Below are positions 24,713-37,199 of a stretch of 64,000 bases of DNA, piece after piece. Both the position numbers and the translations under genes were made by a program. Below the pieces are notes generated by a model. It searched no databases. It saw only the letters and a program-made list of their open reading frames with translations, and was not told the origin of the DNA. Positions within the stretch are counted from its first letter, which is position 1. Each line of letters opens with the position of its first letter. This DNA comes from Lama guanicoe (lineage: Eukaryota): contig MU054323.1 in NCBI GenBank assembly GCA_013239625.1, forward strand, positions 4,566,214 to 4,630,213, given 5' to 3'.

Positions 24713-26764
24713 ATTCTAGCTCTTCTTCTAAAACCATCAGTGCACTTCATTAGGTTATTTGGATTTACATGAGCTCGTTTTAACCCATATGAGAAAATGA
24801 GCTAGGGCCGATAATTGTCTTCTTTCAAGGTTATGAAGCATGTATCTTCTCTAAGCCAAGGACATTGGTTTTTTATTGCCTCAGGCACAGATTTATTAGA
24901 TGTTCCACCAAGATACAACACGGTCACCCATGCCCCAAACCAGCCATTATTATGGTTTAAAAAAGAGAATTGAGCAGCGCAAGTCTGTGGTGGCCAAGTG
25001 GGAGAAAAGCCAGAGCTTTTGCACCCCCTTTGTAAAGTGCTTGCTCACATGCCAGTGTCTGGAGTTGCTCTTTTCGCTGGGCTCATGATCTCAGGCAGTA
25101 TTTTTAATTCCCAGGGTTAAATCCAGCTGAGTTTGAAATCTGTTGCAACAAGTCACCAGAGGGACTATATATCTCTCTCTTTCAGGGGAGAAGCCAAGCA
25201 CAGCGGTTCAATTAAACCAGCACCAAGTCCTGCACTCCAAAGACCGAAAGGCCTGAGGGAAAGGCATCAAGGGGAGAGTTATATGCTCCTGTTCACCTCT
25301 CTTGGCTAGAAATATCATGGTGTTTGTGACCAGAAAATTGAAATGGAATGAGATCCAAGATGGCAGCCACTGCCTTCTTTTCTATTAACCTTCAGGCTGG
25401 AGTGCTCTGCAGAAGGAAGGGTGACCAAGATGAATTACCTCTCGGATTTCAGTGCATTGCTTCACTAACGTAAGAAGGCTATCTGAGAAATTTGTGATTC
25501 CCACCAAACAATGCTTAAGATTATAAAAGTCATTAGAACAGAGGGTTTTGGACCAGTCAAGCAAGCCAGGTATCTGAAAAAACAAAAAAAACAGCAAAAC
25601 AGCAACAACAAAAAAGAAAAAACCCTGCTTCTAGGATTTCAGAATAAATGAGAGATGAAATGGTAGAACTGCTATGATAATTATTGGCTCTCAAATTAAT
25701 GGTAATAATTACCTTAGCAAATTGCTATGTAACTGTTCAGTGAACAAGTTCATAATCTAATCCTACATTGGTTTTTTTTTCCCTTAAGCCAGTTTCTCTC
25801 TATTTTTATGTCTTGAGGCTAAAGCTTCTTGCTTTAGAATAATTCATTCTGTAATCCTTGCTAACCTAAGCCCTTGTTGTACATAATGAGAGTAAAATGT
25901 TTGGAGGAAAGTATTTAATGAATGTCAGTTCTGTGTCCTGCTCAAAAGAATCCTGAACATCTGATCCAAACAGATCTGTCTTCACACTCTTGTGGGGGCA
26001 TTAAAGAGTGACTTGTGATCTCTGGGTCACAGTACAGACTTTCATGAGCCCAGAGAAGGTAGCGGACATGAAGCATCGCTGTTTCACTTCACTTTGTGTA
26101 AAAGACTAAGTGGCTTTTTTCTGAGATTAAGCTACAGCCCCCAGTTAGAGGATTTTTTCCTAGTGTAGAAATGGAATTCCTGACTTGGCCCTTTTTTGAT
26201 TCCGTCTATTCTTACAGGAATCATTCCTTTGGCTTTGATATGTGGTACCATTTTCCCAAAAGGCATCAAAACTTGCTTTTAAAAATTGTTACTTTGTTTT
26301 ATTTGCAATTGTTAACATGGCTGCTCTGAGTATGCAACTTTGGGTTACTTGTCCAATTATGAGATTATTCAATAGGAATCACCAAGCTTGAACTGGGTGC
26401 CCAGTTCTGTGCTCCAGAAGGACATTAAAATAATTCCAGTATTATAACCCAGAATGAACAAAAAGACATGATTGGAATTGACGAATGCTAAGTGAAACAG
26501 CAAAATCTCGAATGTCGGAGGAATTTCTGTAGGTTGAGGTGGTGAAGAGAAACATAACACGGAGGTGAGATTCCAATTTCTCAATAATTTGTCATGGCAA
26601 AATGGATGAATAGATGGAACAGTGGACTAAAAAAAATGCTCCCTTACATTAAAAAGGCAAGAACCAGGAGAATTTTTATAAGAAACATGCTTTGGGGTGC
26701 AGATATTTAAAAAGCATACAGTATGGTACTTGACACATGGTTACTCTGTAAGAGCTGTTGAACT

Positions 26765-26945
26765 CTTGAACTCGAGCAGGTTACCTGACTTCTAATATTC
26801 AACTTTCTCATGAGTAGAATGGGTGTAGTTATTGTAGTTCTAGCAAGTAGGGTTTTTGGAAATGAGTTAATGTATATAAAATGCTTGACAAGTTGCTTGG
26901 ACATTGTAAGCACCAAGTAAATATAAGTTATTACTATTATAAATG
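26765..26945 (+). mobile_element. MIR SINE
   Basis: 'gcaggttacctgacttct...tttctcatgagtagaatggg...aaatgagttaatgtatataaaatgctt...gtaagcacc'. Confidence 0.7.
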
Positions 26946-28704
26946 ATCATTACTATTATACAGTTGCAAAAGGTTTGTAAGTGTATATATGTTAGGGAGT
27001 GTGTATATAAGGTTGGAGAGAGACGTATATGAGTAGAATATTATGGAAAGGAGTATGTGTAGATGGGGAGGGGGGTGTTGTTAATTCATCGCACCGTGGT
27101 AGTAGTACCAGTCAGGAGAGGAGAAAGAAAGATGATGCCTCTTCACATTGAAATGCCGAGGAGCCCTTCATCGAGCAGGTGGCGCTGGCTTGGGGGAAGG
27201 ATCCCTTGATATTAAACTACAGTAACACAGCAGACTTGGCCTTCCCATGCATCAGTGTTCTGACCATCTCTTTTGCCAACAATTAATATCTTAGAGCCAA
27301 TTTTACTGATCTTACCCGGGTAGTTGTTCACAGGTAATGGGATCACAAATTAGGGCATTAGTGGTCTCAGAGGCATTTCAATTTCATTTCTCAAATGTGT
27401 CATAAAGAGTAAGAGTCATTCTGACAAATGTCATTTCACCCATATTTGCCAGATAACCCTAGACTTGCAGGTCCTTTACACCGCTGTAAACTTCTTGTAC
27501 TGTAATTCTATACAAGTTTCTTATCTTTTTAACACAAGAGAACCTTCGACTGAAAATTAATTTAGGGAAATTGAAAGTCTTTTTTCTGTGTTCACCTGTT
27601 TGTAAATGATAAGGGCTATAAACAACAGTTTTAATAATTCGGTCCTCTGCCCAGGAGCAGCAGTTTATGATCCCAGCCACCATCTCATACCCACACGAGC
27701 TGATCCTCCATTTCAAGCCAGCACTCACTTTCTGAGATGAAATGCAAGGGCTCATGCCAATTTAATACATGGCTTCCTTCGTATGGAACGTGCGAACCAA
27801 ATTATCTGCTAGAGACCTGGGCTGTGAGGGTTCTTCTCCCCACCAGACTGCAGGGGAAGGAATTAAATAGTGAAAGAAGTTTCAGTTATTTTTACTTGTG
27901 AAAGCGGTTTAAGTATTGCTTTTTTTCTTCTTCTTTTTAGAATCTCATTTCATAGAATAGCTACTGCTAGAGAGATGTGAGACAAAGAGGAGGGTGGGCA
28001 AAGGGACCGAGAAAGAGCACGGAAAGGAGCCATTAAAGTCTAAGGCAGATCGAACTTGAATGATGAAAGCAAAATGTAAGTTAGGAAGGGACGTCATTTA
28101 GACAGTGACAATGACCGTTATAAAATTCAGGACTCAGATTAATCACTATTTTCCTAATGCCCCCATCCAAGCTCCCACACATCTAATTTTCACTGGAGGC
28201 TAGAAAACTCTGGGAGCGGTGGCTGTGTATGTACTCAGTTTACCCATCTTTTATCTTCTCTGGCTTGAGCCCCTTAGAGCACGTGTTATGGTATCTCCGA
28301 TGCCCTGTGCACGCTGGCTCAGCCATCTCTGTAGCTTACCCAGCCCTCAGTTATGACAGAGCTGGCTGGTGTCTACCTGGTCCTTTTCCACTGAATTCTA
28401 TAGCACTTAATTTTAAGCTTTGGGAAAGAATAACATGTTAAAATGAGTTTATTTTATAAAGGAATGGCATAGACCAGTTTTGCATGGAACACCCTAGACA
28501 AATTCACAAGCTCTCACTGAGCTCAGAAGCAGCTGTCCTACTTTTTGGACCCACAAGAGATAGCCATTGATTAAATTTACCACTGATGTAAATATCTATT
28601 CCCCAGTTTCCCTGCTAAAGTTCTCTAAATCAGAATGTCCTTGGAAAATAAAAATCACTTCATTTTATTTAAAAAATCTGAAAAACAGTCTGTGTAATTT
28701 ATGG

Positions 28705-29302
28705 TATCAAAAAAAGGAGAAAAATCACCTCAATAGATGGGAGAAAAGAAAAAGCATTTGAAAAAGTTCAACATCCCCATTCATAATAAAAATGTTGAGC
28801 ATGCCAAAAATTGAAGGGGAATCTCTTGACTTCATAAAAAGGCATCTAACAAAAACCTACAGCTAACATCATATATAATATGAAAGAGTGACTGCTTTCC
28901 CCCTAATATCAGGATTAAGGCAAGAATTTCCTTTGGCACTAATCCTTTCAAGATTGTACTGGAAGACCTAGCCAGTGCAATAAAGAAAGAAAAATAAAAG
29001 GCATACACATAAGAAAAGAAGAAATAACACTGTATCTATTCATAGAAGACACAACTGTCTTCATAGAAAATTTCAAGGAAACTATGAGACCTTCCTAGAA
29101 CGAATGCATGAGTTTTCCAATGTCATAGCATACAAATAGCATATAAAATCAATTGCATTTTTATATACCAACAATGAACAATTGGAACTTGGAAAAATTT
29201 TTAAGTATACCATTTACAACAGCACCAAAATAAATGAAATAATGTGCAAGATCTGTATGCTGAAAACACACAAAACAATGATGAAAGAAATCAAAGAATA
29301 TA
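28705..29302 (+). mobile_element. LINE-1 ORF2 reverse-transcriptase fragment, frameshifted
   Basis: Decayed motifs corresponding to EKNH..SID.EKAF.K.QHP, KPTANII, AFPL.SG.RQ, VLE.LA.AI and KSIAFLYTNNEQ. Confidence 0.85.
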
Positions 29303-29434
29303 CGTTTTGACCAGTTGTGTGGCTCTGGGTGAAGTCACCTACTCTTCCTTGATGTCAAAAACCTAAACTATTAAACATAATTCCCTGAAATTTGATGCAT
29401 TTGCACTGCTTTTGTGCACCATCAGTAAAAGCAG

Positions 29435-29665
29435 ATAATGATACTTAAGGTTTATGGTTACTTACTGTACAGCAGGCGCTATGCTAAGCTGTTAACGTGC
29501 AGTGTCTAATCCAATAATCACAATAACTTTATGAGGTTGATATTATTATCCCCAAATTACAAATTAAGAAACTGAGGCTAAAAGAGATTATATGATCAGC
29601 CCAAAATCACACAGTTGGTGTCAGATCTAGGAATTGCTTCTGTATGTTTTTGGCTTTATGCACCA
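29435..29665 (-). mobile_element. MIR SINE
   Basis: 'caggcgctatgctaagc...aatcacaataactttatgagg..attattatccccaaattacaaattaagaaactgaggct...cccaaaatcacacagttgg'. Confidence 0.8.
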
Positions 29666-31984
29666 AGTTCTTACTGCAACCCATTTGTGCAGTGAGGCAG
29701 GCTGGCAGGAGATGGAACAAGGCCCTTTTCAAGCAGGAGCAGATGGAAGTGTGCCTTCTGCCACTTCGAGGATCGCTGGACTGAAGAGTGGTTAGCATCC
29801 TTCTTCCTTCTGGCACTCTGGTTTGGGGATCACCATCAGCTTCTATATCCCACTGTTTTGGGGGTATAGACCCTCAAAATGTCGGAGTTGTTGTTACGGT
29901 TTTTACATGCTCCACCTTGGTGTGGTCTCCATGTTCTCGTCTCCTGACTTGCCAGTTATCCCACATTCTCCAAATGTGCCTTTCCTGTAGGTCTTTAGGG
30001 TTGAAAGGAGCTTGAGTGCATCTCTTCTCTGAGCAACTGATTCCAAGTCTGGAGTGGGGGCGCTGAGCCTGCCACTGGGATGGGAGTCGCCTGGATGGCC
30101 AGCCATCCTTTCTCCCTGTCAACCCCAATTCCACAAAGTCCCGGGTGGTTGTGTGAGCCTGCTCGGCAGTAAACATGGCCCAGCTGATGAGCATAACCCC
30201 CGTATTTATTGTCAGTGCTTGGTGTTTGCAGCCTATTTCCCAGTCTTGAAATGCAAAGTGTGTTATATCTAGAAACTGACAAGTGAAGATTTTTATCCAT
30301 TTGCTGTGTCTGGTGTGATAGCACAAGCAGTGCGTTTTATACTTAAAACACAAGCTGGTTTTATATAAGAATGCTTGCAAGTCGAAAGCTCGGGCCTAGG
30401 GAAACTAGTTGATAAATGCATCCTGGTAGGCAATTAAGAAAGGGACAAGATAATGCAGGGAAATTATATTTCTCTCGTTTTGCACAAGATTCAGTGTCGC
30501 TCCCTTCTAATATATCAGCTACTTCTATCCTCCTGCCACATTGGAATTTTCCTTCCTGAAATTTATGGGTGCACATTGGCTATGTATCATTGCTCTTATT
30601 TAATTTCATGGCAAACACAGACGCGTCCACCCTCCCCTCTAAGCTGCACCTTGCTGCAAACAACAAATCGAAGAAACATATGCCTTCTCTTGAAGGATGA
30701 GGCAGGGAATAAACATTGTTCCAAGAGAGCGGGGTAGGCTCCTCCAGATTTCTCTCCCTGCAGCACGCACAGAGGACACGCAGCCCACCAGGGCTTCCTG
30801 AGCAAATACGGAGTCCACGGCAACTCTGGCGGTTGGGCGGTTGCTCAAAAAATGATTTCTCTAGTTATGCTAATATACACCAGATTCCCAGGAGACTAGA
30901 TCTGGCTTGGAAATTTCGCTTCCTTTCAACTGCAGCATTCGTTTGCCTCTTTATAAATCTATTCCAAATCCCCTATTCTGCAGGCTCTCAGGAGACCCAG
31001 ATTTTAGACTTGGTCTCTGTGCTTCTGTGCAGTCAGTTTCCCAGCAGTTTCCAGTCAGTCATGTCTGAGCTGAGAGGAGACTTCACATATAAGCAGCAAG
31101 TGAGACCAGGGGCAGGGGAAGCTGGGTCCCCCAGGGCACAGGGATTACCATTTTTCTTGCATCAAGTGGTGATGTTCAAAATATTTAACAGTGTGTATGC
31201 AAAGGGCCAGGCCACAGGATGCCACTGGCCCTAGTGTTGGAGAGACGCCCTGAAGGGCCCCTGAGGGAAAATCTGCAAGATCCTGAAGGAGGAAGTGGGG
31301 TGGCAGAAAGGTAGAGAGCTTGGACAGTGGTTCTTTGCACACCGGGAGGAAAGATTTCTCATACTTTCACCACCCGTGTGGGTGAACATCTCCCAGGCTT
31401 CTGTCCAGCTTGTAGAGAAGGGAAGCCTCCGGGTCTATATTTCAGAAGGGGACGCAAAAAGGAGCCGCGGGGACAGTTGCGGCTCTTCCCTCTGGCCCTT
31501 AGCAGGCAGCGCTTCGGCTGATTCAGATGAACACAGCTCTTCTCTTCTCTCCCCCGCTGTCCCCCCTGGGTGTTGTTAGGACCTGCCTCTTTCCTTTCTT
31601 TCCTCAGTTACAAGAAGCTGTGGTGTTCCCGGGGTCAGTTCGAGGGCCAAAGCCAGCTCAGAGACCCTAAGGTCATGCCAGGAAATAAGTACAGAGGAAG
31701 TCGCTGTGTTCTTCAGCCCTCAGTGTGGGGTCCAGTGGGCTTCCGGTCAGTCCCATCCCTCTTCTCACCCCTGCAAACCAGCCTGATCTCCATGACTTCA
31801 CTCCCTGCAGGGCGGTGACCTTCCTCTCTGAGCCCGGGATCTGTTCCCAATTCAGCTGCTTTACTGGGGTCATGACCCTATGAGAAAGGGCCCTTGTTGG
31901 CCTCCCCTCAGCAATTCTCTGATCTTAACAAAACAAAACGAGGTCGTACTTAATTATACTTAAAAATACTGATTAAACCACCAC

Positions 31985-32172
31985 ATGGTTGAAATCCCAG
32001 CTCCAGTCCTTTCTAGTTGGCTATCCTCAGGCAAGTTACTGTTTTTCTGGGGCTTTTTTGTTTTTTTCTTTTTATAAACCATACCACTTCACTTCAAGAA
32101 TGCAACTGTGATTTGGGAAACAGTGTTTTGTTTTCAGCATGTACTTACGATAGTCAAACGTTAGTAACTATT
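31985..32172 (+). mobile_element. MIR SINE, degraded
   Basis: 'ggttgaaatcccagctcca...ctcaggcaagttact'. Confidence 0.6.
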
Positions 32173-32409
32173 CCCTGGAAATCAACAACTCCAATCTAGT
32201 TAAGGTGGGAAAAAATAATTTTTGAACCTTGTTCCTTGAATGCTCATCTATCTGTTAAAAGATGTGTGTCTTCCAAGATTCAGTCCCAACATTATCTCCT
32301 TTGGGAGTCTCCCTGAGAACGGCTCATCCTTCCCACTTCAGCCACGTGAGACACACCTCCTGTGGACTCCGAGCGTTAACTGGTCTCCATACTCTTTATG
32401 TAGACAATT

Positions 32410-32525
32410 TCTTTGTTAGGTTGTGAAGTCTTTTGAGATCAGGGACTGTGTCTTCTAATCTCTGTTTTCTAAACATCCCATGTAATGGCTGGCATGCAAT
32501 ACATATGAGAGTGAATGAATAGAAT
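32410..32525 (+). mobile_element. LINE-2 3' tail
   Basis: 'ttgtgaagtcttttgagatcagggactgtgtctt...ggctggcatgc...gaatgaat'. Confidence 0.6.
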
Positions 32526-32594
32526 AAAACACCTAATAAATAATTTTTAAAAATTTTCTATGCGATCTTTCTGTGAATCTTTTCAACAGAGCAG

Positions 32595-32705
32595 AAACTT
32601 GCTTCACATGATGAGTGAACTAAGACCCAGGTAGGTGAAACGATTTGCTACACATCAGTGTGACTATGGGCTAGAACCCAAGTCTCCCAGTCCTGTATTC
32701 TTTCA
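32595..32705 (-). mobile_element. MIR/MIR3 fragment
   Basis: 'gaactaagacccaggtaggtgaaacgatttgc...gggctagaacccaagtctcc'. Confidence 0.55.
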
Positions 32706-32739
32706 ATTATATAGGTAAGTTGCCTGGAATCTGTGTTTT

Positions 32740-33740
32740 CTGCGGCAATAAGACTTCACCGATCCGCAGCATGATCTCGAGCCAGTTACAGGTCCTTGAT
32801 GTCATGAAGTGGTAATTATTGCAAGGCAGGAAAAAAGAAGTGCACTGTGTCTTTGGAGGCTCGCTCCCCGTTATTAATTCAGGTGTTGAAGGTTGTGACA
32901 CTTGTCATCTGAAAGATAATTTTCCTCAGATTTAATAATCGCAGTTAAGTCTCAGATTTGATTTTAATTTCAGACCTTGATGTCATGAAGTATTAATTAT
33001 CTCCATTACCTACTGGTAATATTCCTGCAAACATGCACATGTTTGATTGGCAGGAATTTTTATTAATTTACAAGGCTGAGCTCAATTAGGAAGGCTCAGT
33101 TATTGGCACAATTCCACTCACACGCCTGTTCTTTTGAATGGAGCAAAATCCTAGCCAACTCACAATTCCGAGGATAGAGGGTCAAGTCGTCTAAGTCGGG
33201 TGGCCGACTCTAGCGGAGACTGATTGACAGATATTTCATTGCCTGATCTACCTGAGTTTGCTTTAAAATGGGTGAGAAGAACCTTTGGGACTAATTAAGA
33301 TTCTTACAGTAAAGTAATGAGAGATTTTCCATGTCTACTTGGCCTTTTTTCCTCCTTCATTACCACGCCTAGGGTTTTTCTTGGAGCTGGCACAGTCACA
33401 CCTCATTTGAGGAACTCCATTTGTTTTCACGGTGATTTAATCGCACAGAGTGGAAAAAAATAAAAATAAAAAACTCTGACGAATGCTAATATTTTATGTT
33501 AAGTGAATCGGTTCCTCTTAGCTTCCCCACCAAACAGCCAAGCAGAAAGGAAGACGCGACATCAGTGAAGTGTCACGCCATCGCTTGACGGGGTAGGAAC
33601 CTTCGGACTTGAGGAGGCCAGAGCTGCTTATCCCCTGTCCTGTGTCACTTACGAGAGTGTAACATAGTTTGACTTGGATAAATTCCTTCCGATGAGATGA
33701 ATATTTATGAAATTAAGGAGAAGTGATTCAGCTTGAGCTG
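32740..33740. promoter_or_regulatory. Candidate conserved non-coding element / enhancer
   Basis: About 1 kb without recognisable repeats, with dense TAAT/ATTA motifs, retained CpGs and an internal 26-bp duplicated module. Function is inferred only. Confidence 0.4.
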
Positions 33741-34560
33741 GATTCCCCAACACAAGAATATGATAAGAACAGTTTCTTCACCCTCCTATTGAAGCATATC
33801 TTTGCCAAATGACTTTGTAAGAACAGTACATTCTGGTTCCGCATCAGCAGAGAAAACTCTATGCTTAGTCTTGGGGAATAACAGTGCAGAATAATAAAAC
33901 AGAGAAATTCCATAGTCCCTCCCTGAGGAGTGTAGCTGCATGGTGTGCGTACACAGAGCCAAACAATACAACCTTAGACAGTGTTCAGGAAAAAAAAATG
34001 ATCGTAATTCAGTCTTGCTCAATCAACTCCAGGGCAAACTGGAGTTTGGGGGATAAAGTTCAGCCAGAGTGAAAATGCTGTCATAGAGAATCTCAAATCA
34101 ATTTAGAAGAGAGAACGATGGTTGTTTGTGATTTGGGATTAAGGCAAACAACATATTTTTACTTTCAATATTTGCCTTCAGAATTACTTTAGCCTCGGCT
34201 ATGATGAAAAGGCCCAGATCCTTTTTGCCCAAAGGTAACTGTATAGGTTTTATGAAAAATAATGCATGTTCCTAGAGTCCTTTTCAAGCATCTTGCAGGA
34301 TATTTAAAAGGGAGTTGCTGGAAACAGGGCCCCTGCTGTGGGGCCTACCAGACACTCCTCAAGAGCTACCTTGGACTTGCTGGTCACCCCACCAAAAGAA
34401 CATGTTCAGGGCCCAATATGGTCTGATATGTGCTTTCCTAAGAGCCTACAACAGTCGATACTCAGGCAGTCAAATTTGGTTTTATGCTTTGAATCTATCT
34501 TTGCCCTTCGATTTCATATTGACCATATCCCATCCTTAGCCAGTCTGTGATTCCCTGGGA

Positions 34561-34837
34561 CAGTGCTGCCAGACAGAAATAGAATGTAACTTTAAACTTT
34601 CTAGTAATTATATTGAAAAGTGAAAAGAAACAATTACTAATTAATTTTATTTAACCTAAAATATCCAAAGTTTTAGCATTTCATCCTATAATCATGTACA
34701 AAATAATGTGGTATTTTACATTATATTTCTGTACAAAGTCTTAGAAATCCAAAGTGTACTTTATCAATTCCGACCAGCCACATTTCACATACTCAATAGC
34801 CACATGTGGTTGGTGGCTACCTTACTGAACAGCACAA
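34561..34837. mobile_element. MER33-like hAT-Charlie MITE
   Basis: Termini 'cagtgctgcc...' and '...ctcaatagccacatgtggttggtggctaccttactgaacagcaca'. The internal AT-rich body matches recalled MER33. Confidence 0.8.
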
Positions 34838-34845
34838 TTTTAGAA

Positions 34846-35034
34846 CAATGGTGGTCAAATTTGGTCCCTGGACAAGCAGCATCAGAATCACTTGGGAATG
34901 TTTCATAAATACAAATTACTAGTGCTCAACCTACGTACACTGAATAAGAAACTTTGGAGGTGGGGCCCAGCAATCCATGTTTTGGTAAGACTCCCAGGGA
35001 ATTCTGATTACTTATGAAAATTTGAAAACCACTG
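34846..35034. mobile_element. MER5A-like hAT-Charlie MITE
   Basis: TIRs 'caatggtggtcaaa' / 'tttgaaaaccactg'. Core 'cagcatcagaatcacttggga...ggtggggcccagcaatc'. Length 189 bp. Confidence 0.85.
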
Positions 35035-36452
35035 CTCTAAAAATTCAGGTAAAAACCACTGTGTGTGGAGTGCTTAAGAACGACTTATGTAGGAGAATCA
35101 TCTTCATACCATGAGGCCTCACTCTCTATATATTTCATTAAAACAAGTAAATAATGGAAGTCATTTATAATTTACAGAAAAAGAAATGGAATTAACAATT
35201 GCTTTCTTTCATTTTAATGCTCTTCTGTCTGTAATTTTTAAACATTGGTGCTTACAACATTGGTCTCTTTTTGAATAAGAATTAAGTCAAGCTGAAGAGC
35301 AAGGGGCATCTTGGGCATTTGTGAAGTGAATGAAGTCAGGGCCTTGTATAGAAGGATGGGCATGCCAGGCTGAAGCACGGAGAATTTGTCCTGCAAAGAG
35401 AATATGGAACTATTTCCGTTCTAGTCCGTGGTTTCTTGTTCTCTGCCTGACACTAGCTTCCTCCAAGGCGCAAATTCTCTCCTGGGAAGTGCAAACAGTT
35501 TTGTTTACTTTGGGATAATTGCTTATTTTAAATAATATATACTGTGCATGAGTAATGAGTGGAGGAACAGTGCACAAACTTGCCTCTCTCGAATTGCCTC
35601 GCATTTCGGCATTAGAAGAGCAGTTCTGGGGTAGACGAGCCCGCCGGCCCCACAGAGGTTCCTTTATTGGTCCCTGCATTAGCACATCAGCATTGCGGCC
35701 ACAGTCTCCCGGCTGGGCTTGGGAACGGCTGGCTTCCACCTGCTGCCTTGTTTACTAAAAGGAATCAGCAGATAATTTCACGGTGGTATAGACAGCATGA
35801 AAATCCCGCTCAAGATTCATAAATCCTGCTTTAAATTTGGCCAGCTTATACACAGGCTGCCCTCTGGGCTCTGTCCAACTGGAAGCTGCAGGATCACCCC
35901 AGGAATGGAAGATGGAGTTTAGGGAAGAGAAATGCAGGCCCAGTCTCCCCATGAGCCCAGGGGAGGATGTGGAGGGAATCTGGACCAGATGAGTGGGGAG
36001 AGAGGCATTAATCGTCATCCGTAGTCACTAAGTGGAAGACATGCACGTCAGAGGGTGAAAATCTTTTCCCTTCTGAGCACCAGGATCAGAGTTCTTACTG
36101 GATAAAACTTCACTGGGCAGGTGCCTCAGGCAAAGAGGAGGCTACATTCACCCCTCCTCCACATTTCTTTATACTTAGGTATTCTTGATTGAAATACTCA
36201 CAGTTCAGGAGTATTCCAGACATTCAGCTGAAAGCACTGAATCTGGGAGGGAAAGAGGAGTGAGGGGTAGGGGGACCAACTGGAAGGAGATGCCTACGAG
36301 AAGGAAGAACTCTAATGCTGGCTGAGCTCCTGAAGTGTGGGTGGCTCCCTTAACTCTGTTTCCAGGCTTTGACTCTTCTGGGTTTTCAGAATACAGGATG
36401 TTTCCTGCGTGCCTCAAAAATAGTCCAGTGAAAGCATCCTAGACCACATGAA

Positions 36453-36478
36453 ACACACACACACACACACACACACAC
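36453..36478. repeat. (AC)n microsatellite
   Basis: Read directly. Confidence 0.95.
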
Positions 36479-37199
36479 CCCTAAAAAAGATGCAGATATA
36501 TATCCTGCATTTATGTTAATATATTAGGCAACGTTTTCCAGTTATCTTCCTGAACTGAAGGGAATTGCTTATGGAGCCAACATGGGTCAGTTTTGCTGGA
36601 GAGCTTCTTGAATAAATGTGGGCAGAGTGTCCACCAAAGGGTCATGCTTACACAGCAGCGTCTGCAGCTCTGCTTTGTTCTGGGAGCTCACTCTTCCTGG
36701 GAAAGCACACTCACTAAATTCTATAGTCTGTTCTGCCTAACGATTGAGGTCTGGGAGTTGGGAAGAGCTTTTGTTAGAAAAAGCAGTGGGGAATTGGTGG
36801 ATTTGACCAGTGTTAAAAGTGACTATGTAGGGTGTCAAGAATTAACAGATATCATAGCCTCACCTTGCCAAAATCTTGTGGGCTCTGTGATATTGCCTCT
36901 GGAGAGAGTGGACAGACTCCTGGCTGGGAAAAGATTTTTTCCCTTTCCTTTTTGGCTAATTTATGTTTATTCAGGATAGTTCAAAGAAACAGTCTTCAAA
37001 GTGTAGCGTGAAGGTAGCCATGAGCATTCGCCCGAGGCTGCTTGGTCTAAGGCCACACGTCTACATGTATTCATTTCTTGATTGTGTAATTTTGAAGATG
37101 GTGTGTTGTGTGTGGAAATAAGTCCAGATTCACCTGCAGCTCCGTTGGTGAAAACCTTAAGATTAAGATGGTTTTTAAGATGACTTATACATGAGAGTG

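Noticed and set aside
29874..31234. 168-aa (-) and 172-aa (+) ORFs
   Set aside because: No recognisable domain, chance-like composition and no convincing splice context.
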